A stretch of DNA of 64,000 nucleotides. It comes from Nitrospirota bacterium (GTDB lineage Bacteria; Nitrospirota; JACRHJ01). Location of the stretch: NCBI GenBank assembly GCA_963845245.1, contig CAWJRJ010000011.1, positions 32,001-96,000 on the forward strand. Reading direction: 5' to 3'. Shown in pieces: positions 10,282 through 23,195 of this stretch. Both the position numbers and the translations under genes were made by a program. The notes beneath the pieces were generated by a model. It was given only the letters and a program-made list of their open reading frames with translations. It did no database searches and had not been told where the DNA came from. Each line of letters starts with the position of its first letter. The first letter of the stretch is position 1.

Positions 10282-11193
10282 CTACCTTTCGTGTTTAATG
10301 AATGTACCGTTGTTAAACTCCTCAAAAGCGATACGCAACTCTTCGCGTGTGTTCATCACGATTGGCCCGTACCATGCCACGGGTTCTCCTATCGGCCTGC
10401 CGGATGCCAGAAGGAACCGCACAGGGCTGTCCGCAGTCTCTATCACCAATTCGTCCCCGTCCTCGAAAAGCACCAGGTTTTCCTGCCCTACAAGGCAATC
10501 TCTTTTAAAATCAAAATAATTGGCGCCAACGACGTCCAGGTCATACGAGTCGCGCCTTTGGTCAAAATATGCCTTGCCATCGATTACATACGCAAAGGCG
10601 TTGTACCCCCGCCTGACGACGTGCCTGAACACAATATTTGCCGGCATGGATACATCCAGATATTCCGGGTCTGTGACGATGTCCGTCACCGGGCCAGCCG
10701 TGCCGTTGACCTTCCCGCAGATGACTCTGACGCTCACCCCGGAACCCAGCGCAACCTCGGGGATCTGTCCGCTCTTTACATCCCGGTAGCGCGGGTCCAT
10801 CATTTTATGAGAGGCGGGCAGGTTGGCCCAGAGCTGGAATCCCCCCATCATGCCATCCCCGCGCCCTTTCGGCATCTCCTGGTGTATAATGCCGCTGCCA
10901 GCGGTCATCCACTGCACATCCCCGGAGGAGATAATACCACTGTTCCCCATGCTGTCGCCGTGTTCGACGCTGCCCTGTATGACATAGGTTATGGTCTCTA
11001 TTCCCCGGTGCGGATGCCATGGAAATCCCATTAGATACTCCTGCGGGTTGCTTGAGCGGAAATCGTCCAGCAGCAGGAACGGGTCGAGCTGCGGCACCTG
11101 ATAATATCCGAAGGCCCTCTTCAGATGCACGCCAGCGCCCTCTATGGTCGGCTTGCTCTTCATGATCTTCTTGATTTTTCTGACGGTTTCCAT
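10282..11193 (-). CDS. Pirin family protein
   Basis: DPFLLLD, HPHRGIET, WMTAGSGIIHQE, GPIVMNT. Confidence 0.95.
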   Translation of the reverse strand: METVRKIKKIMKSKPTIEGAGVHLKRAFGYYQVPQLDPFLLLDDFRSSNPQEYLMGFPWHPHRGIETITYVIQGSVEHGDSMGNSGIISSGDVQWMTAGSGIIHQEMPKGRGDGMMGGFQLWANLPASHKMMDPRYRDVKSGQIPEVALGSGVSVRVICGKVNGTAGPVTDIVTDPEYLDVSMPANIVFRHVVRRGYNAFAYVIDGKAYFDQRRDSYDLDVVGANYFDFKRDCLVGQENLVLFEDGDELVIETADSPVRFLLASGRPIGEPVAWYGPIVMNTREELRIAFEEFNNGTFIKHER

Positions 11194-11383
11194 GGATGGC
11201 CCTCCGTTAGCGGCTTTTAAGTTTTATCTGACTATTTAACTATTATACCAAATTCAACTTTTGCCAGGACCGATTGCCACCCGTCCCTGCGGGACTCACC
11301 CGCAATGTTTTAAATATAGGTTATAATGTATATTAAGATATGCTGGTCTCAAAGGAGAGGCTTGTTATTATAGGAGGCATAAG

Positions 11384-11770
11384 ATGAAGTACTTGGTTCT
11401 GCTGGGAAGAATACTCTATTCGGCTATTTTTCTGATGTCTGCTCCAGGCCATTTCACTGAAAAGACGATCGGATATGCAGCAAGTCACGGGGTGCCTCTG
11501 GCCTCTCTCGCCGTTCCCCTTTCAGGGGCGATAGTCTTTGTTGGGGCCTTGAGCATACTTTTAGGTTACAAGGCCAGATACGGCGCCTGGCTGGTAGTGC
11601 TCTTTCTGGTACCAGTCACGCTTTCCATGCACAATTTCTGGGCGGTTGCCGACCCGACGGCGGCGGGCATTCAGCAGATCATGTTCATGAAGAACCTGTC
11701 CATGCTGGGTGCGGCCCTTATGATCGCACATTTCGGGTCAGGGCCGTTTAGCCTGGACAAAGGAAAATAA
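11384..11770 (+). CDS. DoxX family membrane protein
   Basis: GRIL, H.FW and FMKNLSMLG motifs; four TMs; GGAGG RBS. Confidence 0.9.
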   Translation: MKYLVLLGRILYSAIFLMSAPGHFTEKTIGYAASHGVPLASLAVPLSGAIVFVGALSILLGYKARYGAWLVVLFLVPVTLSMHNFWAVADPTAAGIQQIMFMKNLSMLGAALMIAHFGSGPFSLDKGK

Positions 11771-11782
11771 AGGATTATCGCC

Positions 11783-12574
11783 ATGCGACATTTGACATTG
11801 ACCTTAATATGCTCTGTTTTGGCGCTCTTTGCCGGATTGAATACAGCCAGCGCAGGGATACGCACCCAGGACGTGGAATACACGCAGGGGGGCATAACCC
11901 TCGTAGGTTACCTTGCATACGACGACAAGATCAAGGGGAAACGCCCGGGCGTGCTTGTGGTACACGAGTGGACTGGTCTGGGGCCTTACGTGAAAAAACG
12001 TTGCGAGGAACTCGCCAAGCTTGGCTATGTGGCCTTTGGTGCAGACATATACGGCAAGGGCGTCAGGCCAGCTACTCATGAAGAGGCGGGTAAGGTATCC
12101 GGCATGTACATAAAGGACAGAGCCCTGATGCGGGCTCGCGTAAAGGCCGGGCTTGCAGAGCTTTTAAAAAACGATATGGTAGACCCTGCACGGGTAGCCG
12201 CCATAGGCTACTGTTTCGGGGGCGCGGCCGTCCTTGAGCTTGCGCGGAGCGGGGCCGACATAGCGGGCGTGGTGACCTTCCACGGGATGCTTGCAAACCC
12301 GGACCCGGCAAACGCCAGGAACATCAAGGCAAAGGTGCTTGTACAGCAGGGAGCTGACGACCCGTTCGTCGACCAGAAGCAGGTGGACGCCTTCATCGAC
12401 GAGATGCGAAAAACAAAGACCGACTGGCGGATGATTATATACGGCGGGGCAGTGCACAGCTTCACGGTACCTGACGCCGGAAACGACCCGTCAAAAGGCA
12501 TGGCCTACAACGAGTCCGCCGACAGTCGCTCCTGGCAGGCGATGATGGACTTCTTCGGGGAGATATTCAAATAA
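11783..12574 (+). CDS. Dienelactone hydrolase family protein (secreted)
   Basis: HEWTG, GYCFGG nucleophile, GADDP, HSF; signal peptide. Confidence 0.9.
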   Translation: MRHLTLTLICSVLALFAGLNTASAGIRTQDVEYTQGGITLVGYLAYDDKIKGKRPGVLVVHEWTGLGPYVKKRCEELAKLGYVAFGADIYGKGVRPATHEEAGKVSGMYIKDRALMRARVKAGLAELLKNDMVDPARVAAIGYCFGGAAVLELARSGADIAGVVTFHGMLANPDPANARNIKAKVLVQQGADDPFVDQKQVDAFIDEMRKTKTDWRMIIYGGAVHSFTVPDAGNDPSKGMAYNESADSRSWQAMMDFFGEIFK

Positions 12575-12619
12575 CTAGTGACGCGAGTCTTGACTCTTTT
12601 GTAGCGGAAAGGCTGCTAA

Positions 12620-13336
12620 TCAGGCCTGGTGCAACACCTGGTTGCCAACAAACTCGTCGATATAACCTAGGGCTTCCGTAGCTATGTCTATAAACTCTAG
12701 CCCTTCATTTGCAATTACACCGTAAAGGTTCTTGCGCCATGCCACCCTTGCCAGGCATCTCACGGACTTGCCCGTCTCCGGCAGGGTAAACTCCGCGCGG
12801 ACAACGGAGCCCGCACGTGATTTTTTTGCGGTTTGCACCAGCAAACCAGACCGGCTGATATCCAGGATGACACCCTTGGAATGTCCGTGGCCGTCGGCAA
12901 TCACTATCGGGAGATACGGGGCCGAGACCCTCTGCCCTACCCTTATTTTACGCCCGGGCTGCGGAGATAACTGGTTGTGGACATAACCGTCGATCCCCTC
13001 CGCGGTGGCGGAATCAATATCGTCAAACTTGATTCCCATGCGCGAATGGATTTTATACACGTTCCTGCTCCAAACCACCCTGGAACGGCAGTCCACAGAC
13101 GTTTCGGTGCTCGGCAGCACGAAATTCGTTTTTATGACAGACTGCTCGTTCAAAGGTTTGGGTGCTTGTATCATTGCGCCCGAACGGCTTATGTTCAACA
13201 TAACGCAGGGTAGCGGTTCAGGCTCATCCCCGACTCTTACAGGTATCAGAGATACAGGGACACGTGGGTTGGACCTCTTATCGCCGCCCGTTTGATTTAC
13301 AGTATTTCCGTCAAGCCCTTTATTAATTTCCATCAC
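12620..13336 (-). CDS. Tandem PilZ-domain c-di-GMP receptor
   Basis: RSNPR + NISRSG and RVGQR + DISRSG. Confidence 0.85.
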   Translation of the reverse strand: MMEINKGLDGNTVNQTGGDKRSNPRVPVSLIPVRVGDEPEPLPCVMLNISRSGAMIQAPKPLNEQSVIKTNFVLPSTETSVDCRSRVVWSRNVYKIHSRMGIKFDDIDSATAEGIDGYVHNQLSPQPGRKIRVGQRVSAPYLPIVIADGHGHSKGVILDISRSGLLVQTAKKSRAGSVVRAEFTLPETGKSVRCLARVAWRKNLYGVIANEGLEFIDIATEALGYIDEFVGNQVLHQA

Positions 13337-13446
13337 TGCACATCCTAATTATTATTACGCGCTTAAGGCATGCGGATAACCGGTTCCACACCCGTTTTGC
13401 AGGCCCTTGAGCGCGACAGTTAATTATCAATAAACCCAGGCCGTTG

Positions 13447-16210
13447 TCAAGTTTTTTTCTGTACTACGGAAACGGGTATGAACATTTTGAACGTGCTACC
13501 CTTTCCTGCCTCGCTCTCCAGTTCTACCCTGCCGCCATGCGCCTCGGCTGCAGCTTTGACTATGGCCAGGCCCAAGCCCGTCCCCTTTTTCCCGGACATG
13601 GCGGTGGAGCGGTAGTATTTATCGAATATTTTCCCTCGCTCCTCGGGCATTATACCGGGACCGGTATCGGTTACCGAGACCACTACGTAACCGACTCCTC
13701 CGGATGGTGCAGACTCGGCCTTGAGCGTTATTTCCCCGCCCGAAGGCGTATAGTTTATGGCGTTCTGTAGCAGGTTGGTCACGGCACGACTTACAACCCG
13801 ATGGTCTGCCATTACCAACGGCAGACTTACAGCAACCTCCTCGACCAACGACAGCCCCTTTTCGTGCGCAGCGTTTTCAAGGCCTTTACTCACCCTCTTC
13901 ATTATATCGGATATATCGATCGGGGCAAGGTTGAGATTGAGCATCCCCGACTCTATCCTTGAAAGCGCGAGAAAATCATCAGACATCTGAAGGAGGTTTA
14001 CGCCGGAGTCTTGAATATCAGCCACCATCTCCACAATCTCTGTGTCCAGGCTGTTCGCTCTTACCGTAAGGATGTAATCCGTATAGCCCATAATAGCGGT
14101 TAGCGGGGACTTGAAGTCGTGGGTGATCATCGCATAGAAGTCGGCCTTCTGGCGTTCCAGTTCCTTCCTCTCCGTTACGTCTCTGATTATGGCGCTTATC
14201 TTCCCTTCTCCTTTTTCGTCCCTGAATATCATGGACGACATCTCGCCTTCAAAGGACGTGCCGTCCTTCCTCAGGAACCCGCATTCTCCGACCACATATC
14301 CCTTTTCAGTTCGCTCGCGTACGAGGGCTTGGAAACGTCCGTCCTTTTTATCTGATAATCAGATTATTGTCGAGCCCCAGCATCTCTTTGCGCCCGTAAC
14401 CGAACATGCGGCTGGCGGCGTTGTTCGCGTCCAATATTCGTTCCTCTACAGATACGAGAAAAACTGCGTCGTTGCTATTGTCGAATAATGAATGGTATTG
14501 TTCCTCGCTTGCCCGGAGCGCTTCTTCGGCCCGCTTGCGCTCGGTGATGTCATGGGCCACATGCACGGACCCCAGGAACTCTCCGTCCGCGTCGAACATC
14601 GGAGTAGTGCTGACAATGAAATGCCCCCCCAGTCGAGATTCGCTGACCTCTTGGATATGCTGCCGTCCGTCCGCAATCGTCCTTGCGTGCGGGCAGAATT
14701 CTGGTGGCATACATGTGCCATGCACGCCCTCGAAGCAGTGCGTTCCAATGCAGTCATCGGGGCTCAGGGCCAGCCGGCTCGCCATCGCCTCGTTGACCCG
14801 CAGTATTCGGTGGTCCTTGTCTATAAGTGCAATGAGGTCCGGTACTGTGTCAAACGTCCGTTCCCATTCAGTCTTGGCGCGTATAATCTCTTCCTCGGCC
14901 TGCTTTCGTTCGGATATATCAAGAAGGCTGCCGATGATACACGGTTTCCCCTGATACAGGGTATACGAACTGAGTACCTCGACGAATACGACACCCCCGT
15001 CCTTTTTGAGCATGCGAAACTCGGAATGCAGGTCTTTGACTTCATCTTCTATACGCCTGCGAATATTTTCCCGGACCATTGCCCTGTCATCTGGATGGAC
15101 CAACTCGACAGCATCTCCCCCCAGGACTTCTTCCCTTGCGTAGCCGAGTATCCCGGCCAGCCTCTCGTTAACATAAACGAACCGGTTATCCTGCATGATA
15201 TAAACGCCTACAAGGGATTCCTCGACAAGGCTCTGGAGTTTCTCGCCAAGCTCGTGCGACTCCGACTCCGCCCGCTTCCGCAGTTCCTCCTGCTCCATCG
15301 ACCTGACGGCATGTGATATATCGGCGGCCAATGCATCCAGCAGCTGGACCTCGCCTTCGTCAAAGAAGTACTGCTCACCCCCATACACGGTCAATGCGCC
15401 GATTGCCTTGCCGTCCTGCATAAGAGGAAATGCCGCGCTTGAGAGATATCCTCGCCTGAGGGCGTCTTCACGCCACGGCTGCATCGAAGGGTTGGTACAG
15501 GTATCGTTGTTGATGAAATGCAGCCCTGTACGGACAGCCGCGCCAGTCGGCCCTTCGCCCTCCGGTACAGGGTCTATGGATATTTTAACGCAGTCCAGGT
15601 AGCCATCTTCACAGCCCGAGTATGCGGCGGGACTTACGGTCCTCGTGCCTTCGTCTACAAGCCCTATCCACGCCATCCGGAACAACCCTTCCTCCACCAG
15701 GATCCGGCATGCGCCCTCGAAAAGCTCCTGCCGGTCAGATGTTCTGATTATGAGATGGTTTACCGCACTCAAGACGGCGTAGACCCGGTTGAGTCTTCTG
15801 ACGTTTTCTTCCGCATGCCTGCGCTCCGCGCGGTCTTCTGCCTCCTTTAGGGCGCGGCGTATCGCGGGAGCCAGACGCGAGAGCCTGTCCTTCAGGACAT
15901 AATCAGTGGCGCCACTCTTCAGGGCCTCGACCGCTATATCCTCACCCATCTGGCCTGATATGAATATGTACGGCAGCTCAGGACACTTCTCGCGCGCTAT
16001 CATCAACGCAGATATGCCATCGAACGACGGGAGGGAATAGTCCGCGAGTATCAGGTCGAACGGGCAGCCTTCGAGGGCCGAGATGAAGCCGCCCCTGGTG
16101 TCGACACGCATGATTTCGCAGTCAAACCCGTCGGATTCGAGCCTGGCCTGTACAAGTTCGGCGGCCAGCAAGTCGTCTTCGAGGTGCAGTATTTTAAGCG
16201 GGCTTCCCAT
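13447..16210 (-). CDS. REC-GAF-PAS-PAS-PAS histidine kinase (frameshift near 14300-14350)
   Basis: ORFs 14348..16210 and 13447..14295 join within a PAS domain; THDFKSPL, NAINY, GTGLGL boxes. Confidence 0.85.
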
Positions 16211-16214
16211 AGAT

Positions 16215-16670
16215 CTATTTTTCTTTCCTCAGGCTCCCCACCGGCGGCTCGTTCAGTATGGCCCAGAAGGCGCCGAGGTGCTTGATGGCATCCACGAAAT
16301 CCTTGAAATCCACCGGCTTTACGACGTAGGCATTGGTGCCGAGCCTGTAGCTCTCGACTAGGTCCTTCTCCTCGTGCGATGAGGTCAGGACCACCACGGG
16401 TATGGCCTTCAGGTTGTCGTCCGTCTTCACCTGCTTTAAGACCTCAAGCCCGTCCACCTTGGGCATCTTGAGGTCGAGCAGGATGACCGCCGGGTTCCCC
16501 TCCGAGCGCAGTTTGTAGTCGCCCCGCCTGTATAGATAGTCGAGCGCCTCGGCACCGTCGCGTGCCACTACCACCTCGTTGGCCAGGTTGTATTCCGAGA
16601 GGGCCTCCAGGGTCATCTCAATGTCGTTTGGGTTGTCCTCTGCCAGCAGTATCCTCTTAAGCTCTTTCAT
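16215..16670 (-). CDS. Single-domain response regulator (Rcp1-like)
   Basis: ILLAEDN, LLDLKMP, LTSS, YVVKP; own RBS-like GGAGAG upstream. Confidence 0.85.
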   Translation of the reverse strand: MKELKRILLAEDNPNDIEMTLEALSEYNLANEVVVARDGAEALDYLYRRGDYKLRSEGNPAVILLDLKMPKVDGLEVLKQVKTDDNLKAIPVVVLTSSHEEKDLVESYRLGTNAYVVKPVDFKDFVDAIKHLGAFWAILNEPPVGSLRKEK

Positions 16671-19600
16671 CTTGTCTCTCCTTTGGCTTCCCTGTCTCGG
16701 AAGCGTAAAATAGATTGTGGCGCCCTTGTCCAGGGCGCCTTCGGCCCAAGTCCTGCCCCCGTGGCGGCTTATTATCCGCCGCACGTTGGCAAGACCTATG
16801 CCGGTGCCTTCAAACTCCTCTATCCTGTGCAACCTCTGGAACACGCCGAACAGCTTGTCCACGTACTGCATATCGAAACCTGCACCGTTGTCTCTGACAA
16901 AAAACGTGGATTCGCCACCGTTGCCCGGAATGCTGCCTATCTCGATTACAGCGTGCGGGCGATGTTTCGTGAACTTCAACGCGTTTGAGATCAGGTTGAC
17001 CATAACAAGCCTCATCATCGACGGGTCGCAGTACGCGGTCGGCAGCGTGTCTATTTTCCACTCGATGTCGCGCCCTTCCGTCTCCGTGCGCATCTCCTGT
17101 ATAAGCGTCTCCGCAAGCCTGCCCAGGTCCACCGTGGCCATGCGCATCTCCGCGCGTCCCATCCTGGAGAACATCAGCAGGTCGTCTATAAGTTCGCCCA
17201 TCCTGGTCGCAGAGCTGGAGATAGTATCCAGGTATCTATGGCTCTTCTCGTCCAGCGAGGCCTGCGGCGTTTTTCGCCAGCATCTCCACGAAACCCTGAA
17301 TGTGCCGCAAGGGGGCGCGCAGGTCGTGCGATACGGAGTAGGAGAACGCCTCCAGTTCGTTGTTGGTCTCCGCAAGTTTCGCGGTGCGCTCGATGACACG
17401 GCGTTCAAGGTCCTGGTTGAGCTTCCTTACCTCATCCTCGGCCCGTTTGGCCAATATTATGTCCCACGCGAGGTTGGCGAGCCTGGATACGGTATCTATG
17501 TCCTGGGCCAGGTATTCACCCGGCTTGTTCCCCACGCCAAGCACCCCCATTACCTGTCCGCCCCTGAGGATTGGCACAACCAGTTCCCGGATAACCGGCG
17601 CATGACCGGGGGGCAGACCCTTCCGGTTAGGCAATGGATTCATAATCGTTGTGGACGACCGGGATACGCTTCGCTACAGCCTCCGCCCATACCCCCGCCT
17701 TATCAACAGGATAATGCTGTCCCTTGCCTTCGGCTGAGCACATGTTCTGAAGCGTATTGGTTGACCAGGTCTGAAGCTGCAACGTATTGCCGTCGTCCTC
17801 GACAAAATGGAAAAAGCCGATCCGGCTGCCTGTCTGCGATTCGGCTTCGTCGAGCGCCCTGGTGAGTAATTCGTCCAGGGAATGTTTAAGCCCATATTCG
17901 CTGAGCCGCAAGCTGGCACGCAAGACTTCCTCGTTCCGCTTGCGCTCGGTGATGTCACGGGCCGCGGCAAAAACACCTATGACGTTGCCCGAACCGTCCC
18001 TGTAAACAGATGCGTTATAGAGCACCGGCGTGACATGCCCGTCCCTGTGCTGGACTTCAAGCGGGTAATCTATTACATAGCCCTCGCGGAAAACCTGCTG
18101 GTATCCGGAACGTGCCTCTTCAGGATCGGTGAAGTAGTCCGAGAAGTCAGTGCCGACTAGCTCATCGCGTGTCCGCCCAGTTACCACCTCTGACGCGGTA
18201 TTTACATCGGTGATCTTCCCATCCGGGCCGATGGTGACCAACGCGTCGAGGCTGGCTTCAAGAAGTCTCCTGTTGTAAGCGCTAGCGATACGAAGTGCGT
18301 CCTCCGCCTTCTTCTGCTCAGATATGTCGCGGGCCGCCGCGAAGACGCCAATGACTTCTCCCGCATCGTCCCTGTAGACAGATGCGTTGTATAGCACCTG
18401 CGTGACGAGCCCGTCTGTATGCCTGACTTCGAGCGGGTAATCGGTTACATAACCCTCGCGGAAGACCTGCTGGTATCCGGCCCGCGCCTTCTCCGGTTCG
18501 GTGAAGTAGTCCGAGAAGTCCGTGCCCACAAGTTCGCCGCGTGTCCGCCCGGTAACCTTCTCCGATGCAGAGTTCACGTCTGTGATCTTTCCGTCCGGCC
18601 CGATGGTGACCAGCGGGTCGAGGCTCGCCTCAAGAAGGCTCCTGTTATAGGCATTAGCGAACCGGAGTGCATCCTCCGCATTCTTCTGCTCGGCTATGTC
18701 GTTGAAGGTGACAACCACCCCGACGGGCTTGCCGTTTTCCAGCATGGGAGTGCTTGTATACTCGACCGGAAAGGCAGTCCCGTCCTTTCTCCAGAATACT
18801 TCAGCATATTCATGATGGACGTTGCCTGTTCGGGACGAGTCATAAATCCTGCACTCTTCTTCAGGATACGGGCTGCCATCGGGCCTTGTATGGTGCCAGG
18901 TCGAGTGGCTGTTTCTGCCGATCAGCTCTTCAACTTCCCATCCTAGCATCTTAGCCGCCGCGGGGTTGACAAACATATGATTTCCAAACGAATCCATCCC
19001 CATTATGCCTTCACCTGCAGAGTCCAAGATCAGCTTGTTTTGGTAAACGAGGCGTTCAAGCTTGTCTTCCACGCTTTTGCGCTCCGCTACCTCGCGGTCC
19101 AGGTCGTCTCTCGATGCGGTAACCGCCCTCAGGTTTTCCGCCATACGGTCAAACTCTCTGGATAGCTGCCCTATCTCGTCTTTCGCCTCCGTTCCGACCT
19201 TGTAGCCCAGGTTGCCCGAACCTACCTTCTCCATCCCGGTCCGCAGGTTCATTATGGGCTTGACTATAGACCTTGAGAGCAGAAAGGCCGCCACCGCGCA
19301 GGACAGTACCAAGAGCAGTTCAGCCGCCAGAGCAAACCTCTTGAGCCTGACGACCGGAGCCAAGGCCTCGGAGGAGTCTATCTTCGCCACCAGCCCCCAG
19401 CCTGTGGACGGCACGTGACGCCAGGCGGCGAGCACTTCGTGGCCAAGATAGTCGGTGCTGTCCCCGGCACCGTTCTTATCCCGGAGCGCGTACTGCATGG
19501 GTTTCGCGATCTTCCGGTCGAAGTAAATCCTTTACCTTGATTGTCTTGTTGCGTTCCGGGTGGTAGGGGTTGATAAACACCACCTCGTCCCCGCTTGGGA

Positions 19601-20249
19601 TGCCTATAAAGGTTTCCCCCGTCGCGCCCAGGCCGGTCGTCTCATGCACCAGCTCAAAGACGCGCCCTGCGTCTATCTCAAAAGCCGCCTCGCCTATAAA
19701 AACTCCAGCATTGTCATGGAGCGGAGCGGTGCAGAGCATGCCAAAGCCACTTCTGCGACTGTATATGCCGCTGATATAGACGCCGTGCCTCCCACCTTCA
19801 AAGGACCTTGCTTCGATGGTTGAAAGCAGCTTGCCGAGTCGGTCCTCCTTGTGCGCATCGTTCGCTGCAAGGATAACCTTGCCACTGGGATCCACCAGCA
19901 TGACGTCGGAGTATCCGTATGTTGTCACGAACGGCGTTAATCCGGCCCTCAAGCCGCCTTTTGGCGCTTATATACGACGGGCTATTTTTATCGTGTGAGT
20001 ATTTAAGGAGCAGGGGGAGGCCTGTCTTTGATGACGGGAGATGTCTGTAACAGCTTGATGTCGCTTTTACGCTCGGAGAAAAACGCGTCGACCCGGGCCT
20101 GCTCAAGGTTCGCGATGTTCTCGAGCTGTATCGACGCGCACGTCCCTGACGACGTCCTGCATATGGGAAAAGAGCACGAAAATGCCGAGCATCATCGGGA
20201 GGATTATGAGCCCGAGGAGTATGAGGATGAGTTTTGTTCTTATCGCCAT
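16667..20249 (-). CDS. Cache-HAMP-PAS x3-GAF histidine kinase (several frameshifts)
   Basis: Consecutive fragments from MAIRTKL (20249) through [20 protein letters not shown] and GTGIGLA. Confidence 0.75.
17940..18685. repeat. Tandem in-frame PAS duplication, period 372 nt
   Basis: Two near-identical [30 protein letters not shown]...FAAARDI units. Confidence 0.85.
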
Positions 20250-20375
20250 GGTTTATCCATTGGAGCCGTAGGGGGGGCGGCGACAAATAAGTAAATTAGC
20301 ATATAAGCAGCGTTTAATGATAGCAGCACCTGCGTTTTGAAGTCAAGCTGATTGTACCTTGAAAACACATGAAAA

Positions 20376-20404
20376 AGGCCGCCGCTTATCTATGCCGGCG
20401 GCCT
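20376..20404 (-). terminator. Intrinsic terminator
   Basis: AGGCCGCCG...CGGCGGCCT hairpin preceded by an A-run on + (T-run on -). Confidence 0.6.
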
Positions 20405-20635
20405 CTAGTTACTTGAGCCCGGAACAAGCGGACACAGAGGTTTACCGGTCAGCGGTAGAACCAGATATCGTAATGGTCGTGCATGACGTCCTTGTCTCTG
20501 GGGCCGCCAGCGTACACTCGGCAGAACCCGCTCCCTGTCGTTCACGAGTTCGGCAAGGTAGTCAATCGGCTCCAACTCTTCCAAGCCCTTTTTTTTCGTA
20601 GCTGTCTTTGGCATACTGTCACCTCTTTGCTGCAT
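20405..20635 (-). CDS. Small hypothetical protein (probable start MPKT, possibly frameshifted)
   Basis: AGAGGTG RBS before MPKTATKKK; terminator downstream. Confidence 0.4.
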   Translation of the reverse strand: MQQRGDSMPKTATKKKGLEELEPIDYLAELVNDRERVLPSVRWRPQRQGRHARPLRYLVLPLTGKPLCPLVPGSSN

Positions 20636-20857
20636 ACAACTTTATCCCTCCGGCGCTTTGAACAAGCACTCGCGCCGTGTTCTTTATATTATAATTATAA
20701 CAAACACCGGGTCATTTTGAAACGGTCCGGGGAGGTGACACGATAAACCCTTCCCTTTGGCCATAACTGCTCTATATGGTATTATTAATACTATAATTCC
20801 TGTTTTTTCGAGCTGTACATAGCACCTTGTCCCAGACCATCCCGAAGGCTTTATATT

Positions 20858-23173
20858 ATGTTTAATAAAGAGAAGACAGGCAGCCCCGAAGAAAAACAGC
20901 CCCGGTGGATTACGGTAAAGTTCAAGATGCTCGGCATCTTTTCCATCATGCTTGCCCTGTTGGTCATGTTCCAGGCCGCAAACTATTTTCTGACGCTTCG
21001 TAGCGTGCAGGAGCTTGAAGGAGTTCTACGGCAACGCCCTTGAACTCAACGAAGCGCTGGACTTAAAACATCTTTTGTTACGAAAAACTTCAGGCCCTCG
21101 ACATAGCTACATCCTTTTCCCCGACGAAAGCCACAAGGGCCAACTATTGTATGCCGACAAGGCTTTTGTTAAAAAACTTGGAGAGCTGGGAGGGCGACGG
21201 CAAACACCAGGCGCTTTCGTCCAAAGCGCCCTGCTGGACAGGATAAGGACGCAAAACAGTTTGCACAACAACGCGCTTGAACGGTTGGCCAGGGTACAAT
21301 CGGAGGCCGAGGGAGGCAAGGCCGTTGCAGCTGAGCTGGAATATGTAGAATCTATCGAGAAGGGGATGTTTTCCGATATAGACTATATGTTTTCAAGGAT
21401 TGGCGACAACGGAGCGAGACGGGGAAACTCAGACTGGATGGCACGGGCTCACCAATACCGTCGACTTCCTGTTATTAATCCCGTGGCTAGGGCCGGGCTT
21501 GACATCCACGTTGAATCCAATGAATTATTTGATTATATTAAAATCAGGAACCTTTTTCTGGAGAGGTCTGTCGCAAGCCAACGTTTTCTGATATCCGGCC
21601 AGGAAAAATATGTGAAGGAATTCAAGAAATGCGGCGATGAGCTTGAGGACGACCTTGGCCAGGAGATACTTTCCTCCAGCGGGAAAAACGAGGCTGTGAC
21701 GTCTGTCTTCGAGGGTGCAACAAGAACAGACAAGCTGGTCTCTGCTGCCTTTAATCAGGCTGTGACGGCCTACCGGTCCGGCTCCACTCAGAAAGCGAGA
21801 GCTCGCCTCATGAGCGTATTTCTGGACAAAGAGATGCTCGAGTCGACACTCGGCGATCTGGTCGATGAAGAGAGGGGCCATGTCGCCTCCGCCTTTTCCG
21901 CTCTTACGCCTATAATGAACTACGCCCTTTCACTAGCCAAGATAATGTTCATCTACATAATGCTCGTCGCCTCCCTGATGTCCGCCATCATCTATGTGGC
22001 AGTCAGCAGGATGGTGCGGCCGATAATCAACCTGGACGATGCTGCCCGGAAAATAGCCCTGGGCGACTGGACACAACGGGTGGTGGTCCGATCCAGGGAT
22101 GAGATAGGGAGGATGGCACGGTCGTTCAACAAGATGACGGAAAACCTTGAAAAGGCGGAGTCGGAGATACTTAGAAATCAACTGGAACTGTCCGCCCTTT
22201 ACGATGTCTCGCGTGCGATAGCCCGGACGATAGACCTGGACCAACTCCTTAATGAAATATTGGAAACCATCACAAGGATCGAGGTGTTCAGCCTTGAACG
22301 CAAGGGAGCGATATTTATCGTTGACGGAGACAGGATGAAAATCGCCTCTCATATCGGAGAGTCGCCCGCTTTCACTCAATGTTGTGAGATTAAAACAGGT
22401 GAGTGCCTCTGCGGCCTTGCCGCAACGAGCGGTGAAATTGTAATATCCGACTGATTCACACGGAGGATGAACTTCATACGACTACGTTGCCAAATGTGCA
22501 CCCTCACGGCCATATAATCGTGCCTCTCAAGTCAATGGACAAGGTCGTAGGGGTCTTGTGCCTTTATCTGCCGGCCGGCGTTGTCGTCGACGAGGACAAC
22601 AAGACTCTGCTCTACATCCTGGGCGCCCAGATAGGGGTTGCAATCGAGAACGCGAAGCTGTACGAGGAAACGAAGTCGTTGTCGCTCCGGGATTCGCTGA
22701 CCGGCCTAGCGAACAGGCGCCTGATGGAAATCATGCTTGAAAAGAGTTTTGCCAGGGCCCAAAGGTCCGGGTCGCCTTTTTCTTGCATCATGCTCGACAT
22801 TGACTACTTCAAGAAGTACAACGATACACACGGCCACCCCGCAGGGGACAGCCTGCTCAACAAAATCTCGGAGATACTCTTGAACGAGGTCCGGGCGATA
22901 GACCTTGTGGTCCGTTACGGAGGGGAGGAGTTCTTTATCCTGCTTCCGGACGCAAGATCATATGAAGCGCAACAGGCCGCCGAGAGGATAAGGAGGGCTG
23001 TGGAGGCGGGAACGGAGGTTACAATCAGCCTCGGGGTGTCCTCATACCACAGAGAGGTACAAACAAAGGAATATCTGATAAAGCAAGCCGACGAAGCATT
23101 GTACCAGGCAAAAAAAAGCGGCCGGAACCGGGTCGAAAACAGTGCTGCTCTACCGCGCAGGGCTTGCGGATGA
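20858..23173 (+). CDS. Membrane HAMP-GAF-GGDEF diguanylate cyclase (two frameshifts)
   Basis: Fragments 20858.., 21015.., 22487..; DSLTGLANRR, DIDYFK, RAID I-site, GGEEF. Confidence 0.85.
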
Positions 23174-23195
23174 TACCATAAGCAACTCAGCCTCA

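Noticed and set aside
16215..17408. Apparent HATPase-receiver fusion ORF
   Set aside because: The receiver has its own RBS and ATG at 16670; the fusion is probably an indel artefact in an error-rich stretch
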